Assembly: GCA_043228905.1 (NCBI GenBank)
Contig: JBHGNT010000001.1
Location: forward strand, 3,224,001-3,288,000
Direction of reading: 5' to 3'
Length of the DNA: 64,000 bases
DNA from: Azolla caroliniana
Lineage: Eukaryota; Plantae; Polypodiophyta
The position numbers and the translations under genes are program-made. Below the pieces are notes generated by a model. That model was not told where the DNA came from. It made no database searches and saw nothing but the letters and a program-made list of their open reading frames with translations. Below are positions 12,273-30,129 of the stretch, one piece after another (within the stretch, counting starts at the first letter, position 1; each line of letters opens with the position of its first letter).

Positions 12273-15200
12273 TTCTTGGTTTCACACATGCTGTCCGGAC
12301 ATCGAGTTTCTCCTTGGCCAAAATATCCTCGGCTTTTAGGTATTTACGATAATACCCTCCTCCCCTAAAATTGTTGGTGATGCTCTACATTTGTGCTTTT
12401 TTTTTGGGCGGGGGGGGGGGGGGGGGGGGGGTGTTATTTTTGGTACAAATTGGCCTCTCACCACCTCCTCCTCTATCTTAGTAAGCACCACTTCCTAATG
12501 AGGGCCTTGTTTCATTTCAATGTTTTGGTGTATCAATAAGTGTTGATGAAACATATACTATGTATGTAGTCCCTCACAAAGGCAAAGGGGAAGAGTGTGC
12601 GGTATTTGGTAACAATCACAAATTTTATGTGGTATGTATGTATGTGATGCCATTGTTATAAGTAGGTCTCCTGATTTAGATGTAACATCGTGTACATCAA
12701 CCTTTGTATGCATGTATCTATAAAACCCCTTCCTTGTTTAACCAAAATCCATTCCCATTTTGTCATTGTTATTTTGTGTATTTTTTAAAAATCGCAAACA
12801 ATTTTTAGCAAACTACTTAGACTCTAGACTAGCTAGGAGAATGCATGACATGCATGTGTAAATGATGGTCATGCTCGGATAATGGATGTATGATGCATGC
12901 ATCATGGCTATATAAGAGTTTGGTCATGGAAATAAAAAAGAACACATACTAACAAGCTTGTCATCATAAGGCAAAAAACTCAAATTTCAAAATCCATAAC
13001 CTACCCTACCAATTGATCACCAAAAGTCGCTTCAAATTCTAATTAATGCTAATAATGCTTCATTCATGCTTGTATTTACAAATCTCTCAAACAAACCCTT
13101 TTACATTGTAAAACTTGAAGTAGCCTTCTTCTTGCACTCATATATGTGTGTGTGTGTGTACTCAAATATTGTCGTCAACGTTGTTTACAACACCTACTTG
13201 TAGTATTTCATTTGACTTGTATTGGAAAATGTAGTAAGTACCCCTTGTATATGGATTAATAACTAGATTGGACTTAGATTATTGGGATGTAAACTAATGA
13301 GATCATCATGCAATGTGATTAATTATACAGGAACCATCCCCTTAGTCTTTCTACGGTTCAATCATGGGTAGTTTTAACTTTTGGTCTCATTTTTTATGTT
13401 ACGAGAAACGACAAGTGTATATATACACGATAGCATTCCATACGTGACAAATATTCTTATGATGATTTCCCATATATGATGGATACTTTTATGATGATTG
13501 CCCTTGAAAGTTGATATTGTGAACAATTCCATAGGAAAAGGTCCTTATGCTATAAGATTTAGAACATTGCTTGCCAATTCCACGCCATAGGATGTACATC
13601 CTACAAAGCACCAGAAAGTGCATGTTTTTATACTATTATTATTCAACATTATTGAGATGTATTATAAGCCATCCAAGATTTAGTATATGTAAAATTGAAT
13701 ATGGTTCCACTTGCAAGTATCAAGGAGGAATTTCCTCATAAGCGACACACATTAGACTCACTATTCTTGATTTATCCTTCATATAAAAGGCACAAGTTGC
13801 ACATACATTTTAGAGGTTTGGAAACTCCTAACATCACAACTAAAAGATGTCAATTAGTAATGCATCATTTATAGGGCTTTGCTTTCTATGGGCTCTCAAT
13901 TTTGAAGTTGTTACAATATATACTCAAGAAACATGTAGCATGTGGCAATCAGAGTCTACTAAGGTCTTAACATTTAGATCACTCCATATTCCACACACTA
14001 AGGCACAATAAGCTTTATATGTTATAATTTAGATTGCTAAAGGGACATTTTATTGAGTCATGAACCCCAAATGGTAAATCTCGTGGCTTGCAACAATATA
14101 TGGGTTCAAGCTTCCATCCCATTTTTAGACAACTATTTATGATGCAATAAGAGTGGACATTTTTTATATTATAACTCTCAATTACTATTATTAATTCAAT
14201 AAAATCTTTACAAACTCAACAAATGTCATTTTTTATTCAATAATTATCGGTGACCATTGGTGTTATTATTACGTGATTGCTCATTTTTTCACGTGTTTCT
14301 TTGCATGATTTTGTGTATTTGAAGGACATTATAAACACATTAAAAAAAAGGAACATGTATATAGTCATAGCCAGTGGGGATCTCTTTGTACCTTTTTCAT
14401 GGAAGGAAGTTCTTAGATTGCGGTATTGATTAGGAGTGGATCGATGATTGACTAATCAAATTGAGAATGATAAAAAATATTTAAGTTTGAAGATGGAGAT
14501 GTAGTATACGTGGAAGACACGATTAACACAATCCAATGTGACACGAAGTTAACTTTTAAATCCATCTCTCTACATCAATCAATTACATGCATATGATAAA
14601 GAACATAAATAACCCATATAATGTCATAGATGTATCTATAGATGTTCTTATGTTGCAATGACACAAAAAATGGTAGGCCAATGCCATAAATAAAATTGCT
14701 TCTTTCTTTATGTGATTTGAACATGCATTTGAAGTGTGTGACTTATGATTAGATTTCCATACTCGTGTATATTTGCATGTGTGATTGAAGTTGAAACTAA
14801 GATATCCATCCTTGATCGAAAAAGTCTTTTGAAATGACTTTATACACAAGAATGAGAATGATCAACCCATGTTTTTTAATACTTGAGAAATGAGCTTGTA
14901 TATGAAATATGCCACTCACGAGTCACATTATGACGTGAAAAGAATCAAAACACAAACTAACATACTAAGAACCCATTTATCATCTCATTGGCATTGACAA
15001 TATTCAACTTTCTCCAATGTAAAAGGCAACGTTACGATCACAACATCGTATCATTGATCTATTTGTAATTACATATCGTGCTTTATCATGCAATCATGTG
15101 TTAGAGTCGAAATATAATATTTTCATAATCCGCGTATGCAATTATTTACGTGACTAATGCCTTTTCTTATTTTTTCCCCCCGTTGATCATCATAAGTTCT

Positions 15201-15456
15201 ACTATACAATTGAGTATAGGATACAAGTTTTATCTCTAAAAGTCATCAAAATATCATCATCATCATAACTCAAGAAGGAGAATCCTTTTTGTCACCAAGC
15301 ATTCCCTTTGGAGCTCTCCTCCTCCAAAGAAAGAAATCTCAAAAAGCAAGTCCGTGCTTTGATCAAGCCTTTTTCGTCCACGATGAAAAACCATCCTCTT
15401 CGATTACAAGGTCATATTGAGAAATAAAACCCTCATTTGGTACCAAATCATGCAGT

Positions 15457-15655
15457 TTGTTCCATTAACAAACCTATAAGCTTAGAATCTCGTTCCATTA
15501 ACAAACCTATAAGCGTAGAATCTTGTTCCATTAACAAAACCTATAAGCTTAGAATCTTGTTCCATTAACAAACCTATAAGCTCAGAATCTTGTTCCATTA
15601 ACGAACCTATAAGCTTAAAATCTTGTTCCATTAACAAACCTATAAGCTCAGAATC
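15457..15655. repeat. Tandem repeat, 6 x 33 bp (ttgttccattaacaaacctataagcttagaatc)
   Basis: Six near-identical consecutive units, one with a 1-bp insertion. Confidence 0.97.
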
Positions 15656-16365
15656 TAGCACAAATCCGTTGATTGAATATCCCTACAACTTTTGCTCTGA
15701 AAGCGACTGACTTTTAGAATATCGTATACGTAAAGTCACCTTGTGCAGCAGACAAGTTTCAGTTAAGATTGGCGATTCCATGATGTGGGGGTCATGTTGC
15801 TCGACTCGTGATTGGTGAGGCTTGGTGTGAATGTCTCCTCTTACTTTGTGACCTTTATTGGCTTTTCTAGAAAATTAACACAAATTTGGATATAATAGGA
15901 TATGTGTGTGTGTGTGTGCGTGTGTAAATATAAAACATACACAGAGAGAGCCATAGCTTCAATGGTGTTCTTGGAATAAAGACGACTAAAGAAAGCAAGA
16001 CGGAAAGGAGGAGAAGGAGGAGGAGGAAGAAGAAACATCAAGCAAGAGAGCACAAAATTCAATTCCTTCTGTCTTCACCTGCCATAGCCTCGCCAGCTCT
16101 GTCAGCGAGACCACTCAGAAAGAAGCAGGAGATCTCAAAGCGAGGACTCACAATGAAACCGTAGACAAGGCATTCTAATCGCTGATTGGGGGTTTTTTCT
16201 TCACTGTTCTGTTTTTTGCACATGGGCGCTCGCTTTTTCTGCATTCCGGAAAAATATATTGTACCACGAAGCACATTGTTCAAAGAAAGAAGTAGAGATC
16301 CCAGAGAAAGGCGCAAATTTACCAGAAGAAAAGAGAAAAGATTTTCTATCTGCCTATAACAAACG

Positions 16366-19929
<3,564 letters not shown>

Positions 19930-21442
19930 GTTTGATTAATGTTATGGCACACTTGATATCCATTCGATAGTGTTTAGGTGAAATTCAAAGCTTCTTTCCT
20001 TACATTCTAACTAATTCACTCCACTAGATTTGTACTATGTTTCCATTCTACCCCTTCCATTAAGGGGATTTTTAATGTCAGATCCCAACTTGAAGGACAC
20101 TTGTGTAAAGGGGTACAAGTTAGTCAGGTCTCACATGTTTTTATTGCCATGTGATTTGGATATACTTCGTAAGGGAGCATAGAATTATTTGACTGGAGGG
20201 GAGCTGAAACAACAGGTTTTTATTGTTTTACAAAATGCTGACTCAATCAATTAAGTGCTATCATATTGTGAAATGCACATAAACACATGCACACCACAAT
20301 ATCTTGGGATTAAATAATCATTGTAAAATTTCTTGGGAATAATAATCATCGGAAAATAACTTGAATGTGTTATCTTTTCTTTCCCCTTGATTATGTCAAT
20401 GACCACTGTATAAAAGGCTATTTAATGGAATGTTTATGAAATCCTACAATAATGCTTTGCATCCTTCAATGTAGAAATAAATCACTGTCAAGACCCCCAT
20501 GCCCTTTGATGCTATCTGTTGTATGTGACTGAAGATGTTTCTTGTATTGATTAGTCACTGTAGTTTAGATATTACTTTTTACATTCTACTCATTTGTCTT
20601 CCTACTGGCTAAATATACCTGTTTGTGTACATACAGTTGGCAACCAGAACATGATTTACCTTCTACTCTTTTGTCTTCCTGTTTGCGAAATATGCTTGTT
20701 TGTGTACATGCAATTGGCAACTAGAATGCTACATTGTAATTTGGTTTATGCTTGCATGACTACTGTTTAGGACAAAGGCGATTGAAGATGTCCTCAAATC
20801 GGGTAGCTCTAACCTCTCTGGATGGGTTTTTCAAAAAGGACAATGCTTATTGAAGGCAATATCTCATTATGAAAAGGTGATGATATTCTATCTAGATTTA
20901 GGTCATAACCATGTATTCTAAATTCTATTTGTATAATAAACCTATGTATTAGGGCATATAATCTCTATGTTGAATTTGAGAACTCATGCCACACGTTACT
21001 AATTGATGAGATCAGGGTCCATACATAATTACCTACGATCAAGGAACATAGCTTATTGGGAACATAATGGTTTGTAATTAGCACATCAATAAATGATTGT
21101 ATTGAGCCATTAGTTACACATGTGCAAGAGCAACAAGTGATTGTAGTTAAACTAACAAGACTATAAAGTTGTTTGAGAAATTGATAGACATATAGGAGTA
21201 TTCATAGTAATGTGATTTATATTATAATAATCATTATTCTAAGTTGTGTAATTAGAGACATATTAGTGTTGTAATTAGTATTAATGTGAGTAACACAAGG
21301 AGTATTGGGTAATAATGTGATTTATATTGTAATTATTATAATAAACATTGTTTTAGTTGGTAATTAGAGACATATTAGTGGTGTGATTAGTATTAATGTG
21401 ATTAACGTTGAAAACTATATTAGCCCTCATGGTAATGCTAAA

Positions 21443-22680
21443 CAATGTGTCCACCGAACATTTGGAGGAAAGTTACTAGCTTTATGATCAATAAAAAAAT
21501 GTGTCCACACATAATAAAATCCACTCGAGATTTCTTCAAAACAAAAATCTATGTCATCTTTGGAGAAACACGTTATCTTGATATTGGGTACACAACATGG
21601 TACCTTGCCCTTATTGTGAATTTCTTTTTTGGAGTTTTGAAAACAAAAGTAGACCCATGACCCAAAGTGAACCAAAGGGACATCTGTGTTGAATGTAGAG
21701 AAGCACATAAAGTAAACAGTGGATAGACAACATGATACATTGTCCTTATTATTTTTTCATTGATAAACCATAGTATACCATGATGTGTTGTTGAGGTTGG
21801 GTTCTCTTTGGATTCTAGCTTATCTCAACTAGGCTAAGAGCCTTGTGTTAAATTTCAATTATCCAACTTTATTAGAAAATGTGTATTGTTGCAAATAATA
21901 CAACTAGTTGTAACGTTTGGGTATTTATTGATCAAATACACCGAACTACGAGGCCATGTTTATTGGTATGTCTATTGTTATATAACGAAATATAGTTTAA
22001 AAAAAAAAAGGAAGATGCACCTTAGTATATTACTTGAAAAGTTCTACATAGAAAAACAGAATGAGACATTTCATCTCACTTCTTTTTGTAAGATACCAAA
22101 ACTAGTACATCTGATCAAACAGACGATGTCATATATGAACACGGAGAATAGTACTTACTATCCACTATCCAACATACTGAAATATAGTTTGTGGATCTTG
22201 AATTTTTTTCCGAGAAAGTTGTCCACTTGTCATTTATGTTGTGACTCGTGAGTAAGCCAAAACTAAATAAAATTTCATGTTTTGACATTTTATTCATAGG
22301 AGAACTTGGATATATATTTACATATTTGATTAATTCCATATGTATCAAGTGGACACATGATGCACCTACATTATGTGCACTATACATCGTCGATGAAAAC
22401 CTTGATATGAACAATCGAAAGAAAAATGGAATATCCATCATAGAATCTAATCAAAACAACAAACAAACAATGGGGCAAATAGAACACCCCCATGTAAACA
22501 CAATGTCTTCTAGAGGCATATGGCCATCCATCTCCAAGTGTGTTGTGTTTACCCCAATCTAAATAAAATGGGCTACTAATATCCTATTAATTTATCCCAT
22601 TGTTCCATCTTTTATGGAAGTGAACATTCAAATTTGAAACATGGCAACAATCGCTTTCATAACATTAACACACAATTTCT
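21443..22680 (-). mobile_element. Possible highly decayed LINE (L1-like) 3' fragments
   Basis: Short Trp-rich and CxxC (GCSICP) remnants on the minus strand that interrupt flank homology with the 27.4-28.5 kb region. Weak support; boundaries approximate. Confidence 0.3.
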
Positions 22681-23558
22681 CATCCTTACCAGTCGAATGT
22701 TACACCGTGCCAATTGTGATGATGAAGAGTATATTATAACTATAATCAATGCGCACAATTACTCGTTGGTTAAATGTGCTTAGATTCTCGAGAGGCTATC
22801 AATATTCAATTAATGCACACAATGCCCATCGTTTATGCATTTGTGTGATTAGGAGGTTACTATTATTCAATTGACAATTGTCGCTTATGGAATAAAAACG
22901 ATTGTGAGTCAATTGAATATAGTAAAACATTTAAGGTGTCCTAATTACAAGCTTTGAACATATGAGTTTCCACTTCAAAGCACTAGGAAAACCTTACAAA
23001 ACTTGGAATTACCTTATGATAATAATGGACTTTGTTAAACAGTAGATTCGCAAGGTTTATATGAGGCCATGGTTATTGAAAAGAGTATTTTGGCTTCCTT
23101 AGGCAATGTAATTGATGGTCTTAATTGTTGGTGCCACTAGTATGGCCTCTCCTCAAGTCTGGTCAACATAGGGAGTTGTTAAGTTAGCCATTAGGGTTAA
23201 GAACAAAATATATTGGTGGAAACTAAGAGAGAAATTCCAATTTATGGAAAGCTTCTGCTTGCTCGTTGTTTTGAAAATAGTAGATGGTGTAGAACCCGTT
23301 TTCACCATAAGAATATACATACAAAGCAAAGTAAAGAAACGAGAAATGATGAGATGAGAGAGATCAGGAACTCGATGACCAAAGTAAACGCACGAGTTTA
23401 TATTTGCATACAAAGGAGGGAAAAAATGAAATGCAATTTGACACTTGGTCCATTATTAGGGAGAGCCCACTCCACCCTTCAAGTTCACTTACATAAAGAA
23501 CACACATATATTGTGGAATGTAGGAGAGTGTCTTATTCCAATCTCAATCTAGGTCCAT

Positions 23559-24899
23559 TTATGTGGTGAAGTTAAAGCTGGAGCAACCTGTCCGTCGCCC
23601 GAGCAAAGAGGGTATAAAGCCGAGTCTAGAGGTTGCAAGATCAATTTGCACCAGGGCGTTTTGTTGTTGGTAAGTCCCTAAGATTATTGACTTCGGCTCG
23701 AATTCACCCCTCCTCTGGAAAGCCAAACAAATAACTTTCCCATCCTTCACTGGCACCACGGAATTCGCTCCAACAATCGTCCAACTCACGCTGCCACTCC
23801 CTTGCAATGCGAAGCTAATGTCAGGCACATTGTACCCTACTCTTGTATAATAAGCCGTGGACGCATCGAAGCATGTGTCAAAGGGGCTCACGGGGGCGAC
23901 CGACTTGATACCCCGTGCATTTGCGCCGGCCTTGAAAGCGCGTGCCAATGCCTTATAAATGGAGGGCTCCAGGAGTGTGTACCTCTTGGTCGTGCTTATG
24001 GTCATCCCGCCATTGTTCAAGCTGCCTTGGTTCAGTTTGAAAAGGACAGGGTTGATGGGGAGCTTAGCTCCATTGACCGAGATCGATTTCACACCTAGGA
24101 AATATGAGTCGGGTTCCTTGGGATTGTTGATGAGAGGGGTGTAGGCGAAGTTGTTGGTGAAATCTGCTTGGGGTTGGAAGACGATGGGGCTCTGGCCAAA
24201 GAAGAGGACGCCTTTACCATTGGAGTAGGCAGGCAGGCAATAAGTGAACTTCCGCTTGAGGCTAAATTTAGAGGCCAATTGGGTGGGGAGGGCTAGCAAG
24301 GCTCTGCTAAGGCCTCCTCCACCCACAGCCCCAACTGGAGCAGAGTTGTTCTCGAGGAGCCCGGCTCCGGTGCAAGCAAAGGCGAATTTGGGCACGTCGA
24401 TCGTGGAAGGGGCCGGGTTCCGGCCGTCAGTGGGCGTGACATGGAATGTGTCCGTCCAAAGCGTCCCTATGGAGGACGTGGAGATGGCACTGTTGGATAT
24501 GAAGGGGCTACATGTGTTGTTGTAGCAGATAGGGGAAGGGGCGTCAGGGCATTCCGTGGCGCAAGGCACAGAAGCTGAGCAGGCCAGAGAATTGCAGACA
24601 ACGGCTTTTTTGCAGATCGCACTGTTGCATGGGACTGGCTTGAAGGTGGGAGAGTTGAGATTGAAAGGAGAAGATGGGTTCAGGCAATCGATCCATAGAT
24701 TGCTTGAAGACACATCAAGCAAGAGGTCGTGCTTGTTGTCGAGGTTGAAGGAGTAGAGAGAGGTGGATGAATCAAAAGAGATGGTTGCAAGTAGGGCTTT
24801 GGGTCGAGAGGTAGCAGCAGCTAATGTAGGAACAGAGCAGAGAGGTAAGGAGAAGAATACTAGGTAAAGGAAGAGGAAGGGGAGGTTTGCCATAGCCAT
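23559..24899 (-). CDS. XEGIP/basic 7S globulin/TAXI-like glycanase inhibitor (inactive pepsin fold), copy 1
   Basis: Intronless, signal peptide, Cys-rich N-terminal lobe. Aspartic-protease motifs are degenerate (LLDVSS; ISTT). Family-typical VAPVSPFDTCF, TRVGYNVP and terminal RTGCSSFNFT. First ATG is 24899; the ORF track starts at an upstream GTG. Confidence 0.9.
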   Translation of the reverse strand: MAMANLPFLFLYLVFFSLPLCSVPTLAAATSRPKALLATISFDSSTSLYSFNLDNKHDLLLDVSSSNLWIDCLNPSSPFNLNSPTFKPVPCNSAICKKAVVCNSLACSASVPCATECPDAPSPICYNNTCSPFISNSAISTSSIGTLWTDTFHVTPTDGRNPAPSTIDVPKFAFACTGAGLLENNSAPVGAVGGGGLSRALLALPTQLASKFSLKRKFTYCLPAYSNGKGVLFFGQSPIVFQPQADFTNNFAYTPLINNPKEPDSYFLGVKSISVNGAKLPINPVLFKLNQGSLNNGGMTISTTKRYTLLEPSIYKALARAFKAGANARGIKSVAPVSPFDTCFDASTAYYTRVGYNVPDISFALQGSGSVSWTIVGANSVVPVKDGKVICLAFQRRGEFEPKSIILGTYQQQNALVQIDLATSRLGFIPSLLGRRTGCSSFNFTT

Positions 24900-27800
24900 A
24901 ACCAAAGCCACAGCCAAAGCCAAAGCCACGTTGGTAGTTTATAGAGAGAGAGAGTTACACCCACCGTCGGTGAGCTGTATTTTGCGACTTATAAGTATAT
25001 ATATTATATATATATAATGGCAAAAGGAGGATGAGAATTCAAGAGTATTACGCGTTAGTGAGTCAGTGACAAAGGTTCTTCTCTTACTTATCCTTAGAGT
25101 ATCACAAAATGTAAAGTTCTCACATCTGTGGCTTCTCTCGACGAGAGGAGCCAGACCCGCCGACTCCTCGTTGGCTTGACATATGCACAAGCAAAACCAC
25201 AGATTGATAGAATAACATGATATTGCACGATATTTCGAACATCCTCACACAAATTATTGATTGCCCTTCGTAGACTCACAAGCTTTCCCTACGGACTGCT
25301 ATAGCGATCAAATACTCATTAGGGTTCTCCTTGGTACTAAATTAAGCTTATCCTTGACGACATTAATGTTGTGGGTTTGAGTTTGAATATTAGGTCTAGT
25401 TTGTGTTGGTTATAGGAAGTCTCCATGCTTTTAATGCAATCTAATAATATATCGCAACTTGTTCCTAAGAAGCAGTGTCATAAAATCGAAATTGACATTT
25501 TGTTGCTCCACACGCTTGCGAGATGAACATTGCTCTAAAGAATGTATAGACAAAATCATATTCACTTTCATAATAGTATTGTTGTAGAATGGGAAGTCAA
25601 CGAAGACATTATTATATGAAAAATTAAGACCTTTATAAAAGTAAGCTTAGATTTGGGAAAGCCCTTTAATTTGTGACGTTTTAGGATGTTCCGTTTTCTC
25701 GGTGAAAGTCATGCATATTTGAGTGTATTACTTAGGACATGAGACATCTAGCTGTCTCCAATATGAAAAAATGACTAATTGCTTCATATTTATTGATCTA
25801 AGCATGTTCATTCATTTACTTCTTTATTTTCGTTATTATATTATCTATTTGTGTTATTATTATTTACTTGTTTTTTTATTACTCATTTATTACTAATTCT
25901 TCTTATTTATTTATATTTTTATGTTTGATTATTGTCTATTGACCTATTATCTCTTCACTGTCCTCTAATTTGAAATCATAATTGGTGATCACAATGGCAC
26001 ACGTTTTTCTTCCTCGCATGCCTATGATGCTCATGGATGATGTGAAATTGCAATTCTACCTTAGGGACAAACAATTCTCAATTGTTAAACATCTAAATTT
26101 GCCTCTGCGATCAACTACTTCCAATGTTGCATTGTTTCTCACGAGGATATCTACCTTTTGTAATGAATATTTTCCTATGCCCCACTCTATGTTGTGCTCT
26201 TGAGAGGTAAGTCATTCTCCACCATTCTTGAGAGCTTTTAAGCCATGACATCAAAATATATTTACAAAGATCATTGTTTTTGACAGAAATGGCGGAACAC
26301 ACCTATGGTGATGCAAGGCGGGAGTGGCCCGAGGTGGAACTACCAGCCCCCATGTTGGCTGTTTCCTACTCACCTGCCACCCTCTCTTCGTTGTAGGCCC
26401 CAAGAGCCGACTTGTACTAGGCAACATTGAAGGGCATCGCCTTAGATATATGTAGCTTCTTACATCAAGTTAGGCCGCAAGGCATTGTAAGTAGGCTCAT
26501 CTTCTTTTACTTGATCGGAGGAAGACTCCCCGATGTGTGTATAAGTCTCCTTGTAGACTCTCTATGTAATAATCCTTCGTAACTAATGGGAAAGTAGCCT
26601 CATTTTGGAAAAAAAGAAAACAAAGCCTTAGTGGGAGTAGATAATGATCCCATATATCCATATTTAAAGCATGTAGTGCACATATTGAATATGCATATAA
26701 AATAAGAAGTTATTCAATTCAATTCATGCCAAACACAATACAATAAGTTATGATAAGATGAACGTCTTCTTGTAAGTTATTCAATGTTGCATTTAAATTG
26801 ACAAGATGAACTAGACTTGATGACACGTGCAAACATATAGAACATGGCCATAATATATACATATATAGCAAAGCAACATTATACAAAAACCCACAGCGGT
26901 GTTGCAAAACTAGTGGCACAAGGGCAACTTGTATAGGATTGTATAGTGTGCCTCAAAACTCCAAGTTTTGAAAATTGCAAAAGTCACTTTTTTTTAGCTT
27001 CAATATATGTTGCACTACTCTATGAAGACCATAAAACAAGAATATATTTCTTATTAACCAATTGCAAGATAGACCCCAATACATAGGTTGCTACATACTA
27101 TACCAAGGGTATAGTTTCTCTAAGGTGAAATTGAAAACTGGTGACACAAGTTGGTGGACATTAGGGTCGATGCAAAATTAGTTTGGATCAAAGAATATAT
27201 CTTCAGGAACCATGATGATGAAGCACCAATTAGCGCTTGTGACCAAGGACCATATCGAGTCATAATATCACACATGAATGAGCGCAACTACGTAATTATA
27301 ATTGAACTAGCAACACTATGAAAAATGTGTGAGAGACTTATAGGGTAAGGAGATGTGTCTTAAGAATAATGTGCTTGACATTATAATTAGTGAAACCAAT
27401 TTTTAGTCTAAATAGAGGGAGTAGAGATGTATTTGTATTGTGATTAGCGTAAATGTAATTAGCACTAGTCTTACTACTAATATCTATGATTACCTCTCAT
27501 GGCAATGCTAAACTACCCCAATCCCTCTCAAAATTGACTTGATCAAGGTGGTCTTCCTGAAGCAAGTGATCACTTTCGACCAAGCTAACGCTAACCGATC
27601 GACCAAGAAACCACTTCGCCATTTTTCTGCTTCAAGTTCTATCGTCTGTGCCCCTCATTAACCTATTCCCTACAACAGGCAAACAAAGATGACAAAGAAT
27701 CCCCAAATATCTACATTGTAAAGATAACACTCTGAAAGAATGCCAAACAACGCATAAGGAAGAGGAAGCGAGCATATGCATAAGGAGAAAAGAGGGATTA

Positions 27801-28655
27801 ACGGAGAAGAATGACGCTAAATCAGAAGGGAAAGAGATCAAATGGGGCCATGAGTATATAGAGGAGGTAAGAAGAAAAACATTACACTTTGCACCTCAAG
27901 TTGCTTCTTACTTTATAAAATCCATACCCAACCCTAAACCAATGGCCGAGCCTAAATTCCATCCCAAACCTCTATTGTCTCCAACCCCTGAAGCTATCTA
28001 CTGGCAAACCACATACATATACCCTTAGCCTCCTTAAATTGGTGGAAACATTTAAAGTGTAAGCCACATTTATGAGTTGCATAAGAGTAAAGAGGGGAAT
28101 GAAAAAAGTATAGAGATCAAGTGATGGAGACACAACCTATGTTCCATCACTCATGCTTAATAAACACCATGTATAAATCAACCAGTGAAGGAGAACGGAT
28201 TAAAGTGATTAAGTTTCTTTTTCTGCTAATTACCATGTCCTGACTCTTTTGCTGCTAATTACAATGCTTATTTGATGCTCATGCACCCTTGTAGGGAGTC
28301 CAATTGTCTAGAGCATGGCTCTATAACCTGTCGTCCTAACCTGTTATCCATCACAACCCATAATAACTAAGGGACATTTGTTTTCACTCTTGGGCAGCGC
28401 ACAATGTAGATATGGATACTAGGTAGACAACATGATGCTTTGCCTTTATTGTTTGTTTCATAATTCATTGGTAAAACCAAGTTCCATCCATGACAAAACA
28501 ACATATAAACAATGAGGCTGTTAGACCAATGACACCATCAGACCAATGAGCCTCGAACCGTAGAGATCAATTACATGGAGAACACACAGAAACAGACACA
28601 GACACAGACACAGACACATTTTTGCACCAAGTCCATTGATCCCAAAAACATACAT

Positions 28656-30008
28656 TCATGTAGTGAAGTTAAAGTTTGAACAAGTGGCCCTTTGCCCCAC
28701 CAATGAGGGAATAATGCCGAGTCTCGAGGTTGCAAGGTCAAATTGCAAGAGGGTGTCTTGTTGTTGATATGACCCTATGATTATTGACCTTTGTTCATAC
28801 TGGCTTCTCCTCTCGAAAGCCAAGCATATGACGGTATCATCGTTCAGTGACACTACGGAATTCGCTCCATAGAACGTCCAACTCACGCTGCCACTCCCTT
28901 GCAATGCGAAGCTAATGTCAGGCACATTGTACCCTAGTCTTGTAGGAAAAGCTGTGGATGCATTGAAACATGTATCAAAGGGGCTCACGGGGGCGACCGA
29001 CTTGATACCCCGTGCATTCGCGCCAGACTTGAAAGTGCTTGCCAATGCCTTATAAATGGAGGGCTCCAAAAGTGTGAACCTAGTGGTTGTGCTTATGGTC
29101 ATCCCGCCATTCCTCAAATTGCCTTGGTTCAGTTTGAAAAGGGTGGGGTTGATGGGGAGCTTAGCTCCATTGACCGAGATCGATTTCACACCTAGGAAAT
29201 ACGAGTCGGGTTCCTTTGGATTCCTGATGAGAGGGGTGTAAAAGAAGTTGTTGCTGAAATCCATAGCAGGTTGGAAGACGATGGGGCTCTGGCCAAAGAA
29301 GAGGACGCCTCTACCACTAGGATAGGCAGGCAGGCAATAAGTGAACTTCCGCTTGAGACTAAATTTAGAGGCCAATTGGGTGGGGAGGGCTAGCAAGGCT
29401 CTGCTAAGGCCTCCTCCACCCACAGCCCCAACTGGAGCAGAGTTGTTGTCAAGAAGCCCGGCTCCGGTGCAAGCAAAGGCCAGTTTTGGCACTTCGATCG
29501 TGAAAGGGGCCGGGTTCCGGCCGTCGGTGGGCGTGACATGGAATGTGTCCATCCAAAGCGTCCCTATGGAGGACGTGGAAATGGCACTGTTGGATATGAA
29601 GGGGCTACATGTGTTATTGTAGCAGATAGGGGAAGGGGTGTCAGGGCATTCCGTGGCGCAAGGCACAGAAGCTGAGCAGACCAGAGAATTGCAGACAATG
29701 GCTTTTTTGCAGATCGCACTGTTGCATGGGACTGGCTTGAAGGTGGGAGAGTTGAGATTGAAAGGGGAAGATGGGTTCAGGCAATCGATCCATAGATTGC
29801 TTGAAGATATATCAAGCAAGAGGTCGTGCTTGTTGTCGAGGTTGAAAGAGAAGAGAGAGGTGGATGAATCAAAGGAGATGGTTGCAAGTAGGGCTTTGGG
29901 TCGAGAGGTAGCAGCAGCAGCAGCAGCAGGTAATGTAGGAACAGAGCAGAGAGGTAAGGAGAAGAATAATAGGTAAAGGAAGAGGAAGGGGAGGGTTGCC
30001 ATAGCCAT
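28656..30008 (-). CDS. XEGIP/basic 7S globulin-like inhibitor, copy 2
   Basis: Close paralogue of copy 1; TRLGYNVP and RATCSNFNFTT; ATG at 30008. Confidence 0.9.
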   Translation of the reverse strand: MAMATLPFLFLYLLFFSLPLCSVPTLPAAAAAATSRPKALLATISFDSSTSLFSFNLDNKHDLLLDISSSNLWIDCLNPSSPFNLNSPTFKPVPCNSAICKKAIVCNSLVCSASVPCATECPDTPSPICYNNTCSPFISNSAISTSSIGTLWMDTFHVTPTDGRNPAPFTIEVPKLAFACTGAGLLDNNSAPVGAVGGGGLSRALLALPTQLASKFSLKRKFTYCLPAYPSGRGVLFFGQSPIVFQPAMDFSNNFFYTPLIRNPKEPDSYFLGVKSISVNGAKLPINPTLFKLNQGNLRNGGMTISTTTRFTLLEPSIYKALASTFKSGANARGIKSVAPVSPFDTCFNASTAFPTRLGYNVPDISFALQGSGSVSWTFYGANSVVSLNDDTVICLAFERRSQYEQRSIIIGSYQQQDTLLQFDLATSRLGIIPSLVGQRATCSNFNFTT

Positions 30009-30095
30009 AATACCGTAAGCCAAGTTGGAAAGTGGATGTATTATCTTTATAGAGACACACACCTAAGGGGAACTGGGTGAGCTGTATTCGGGACT

Positions 30096-30129
<34 letters not shown>

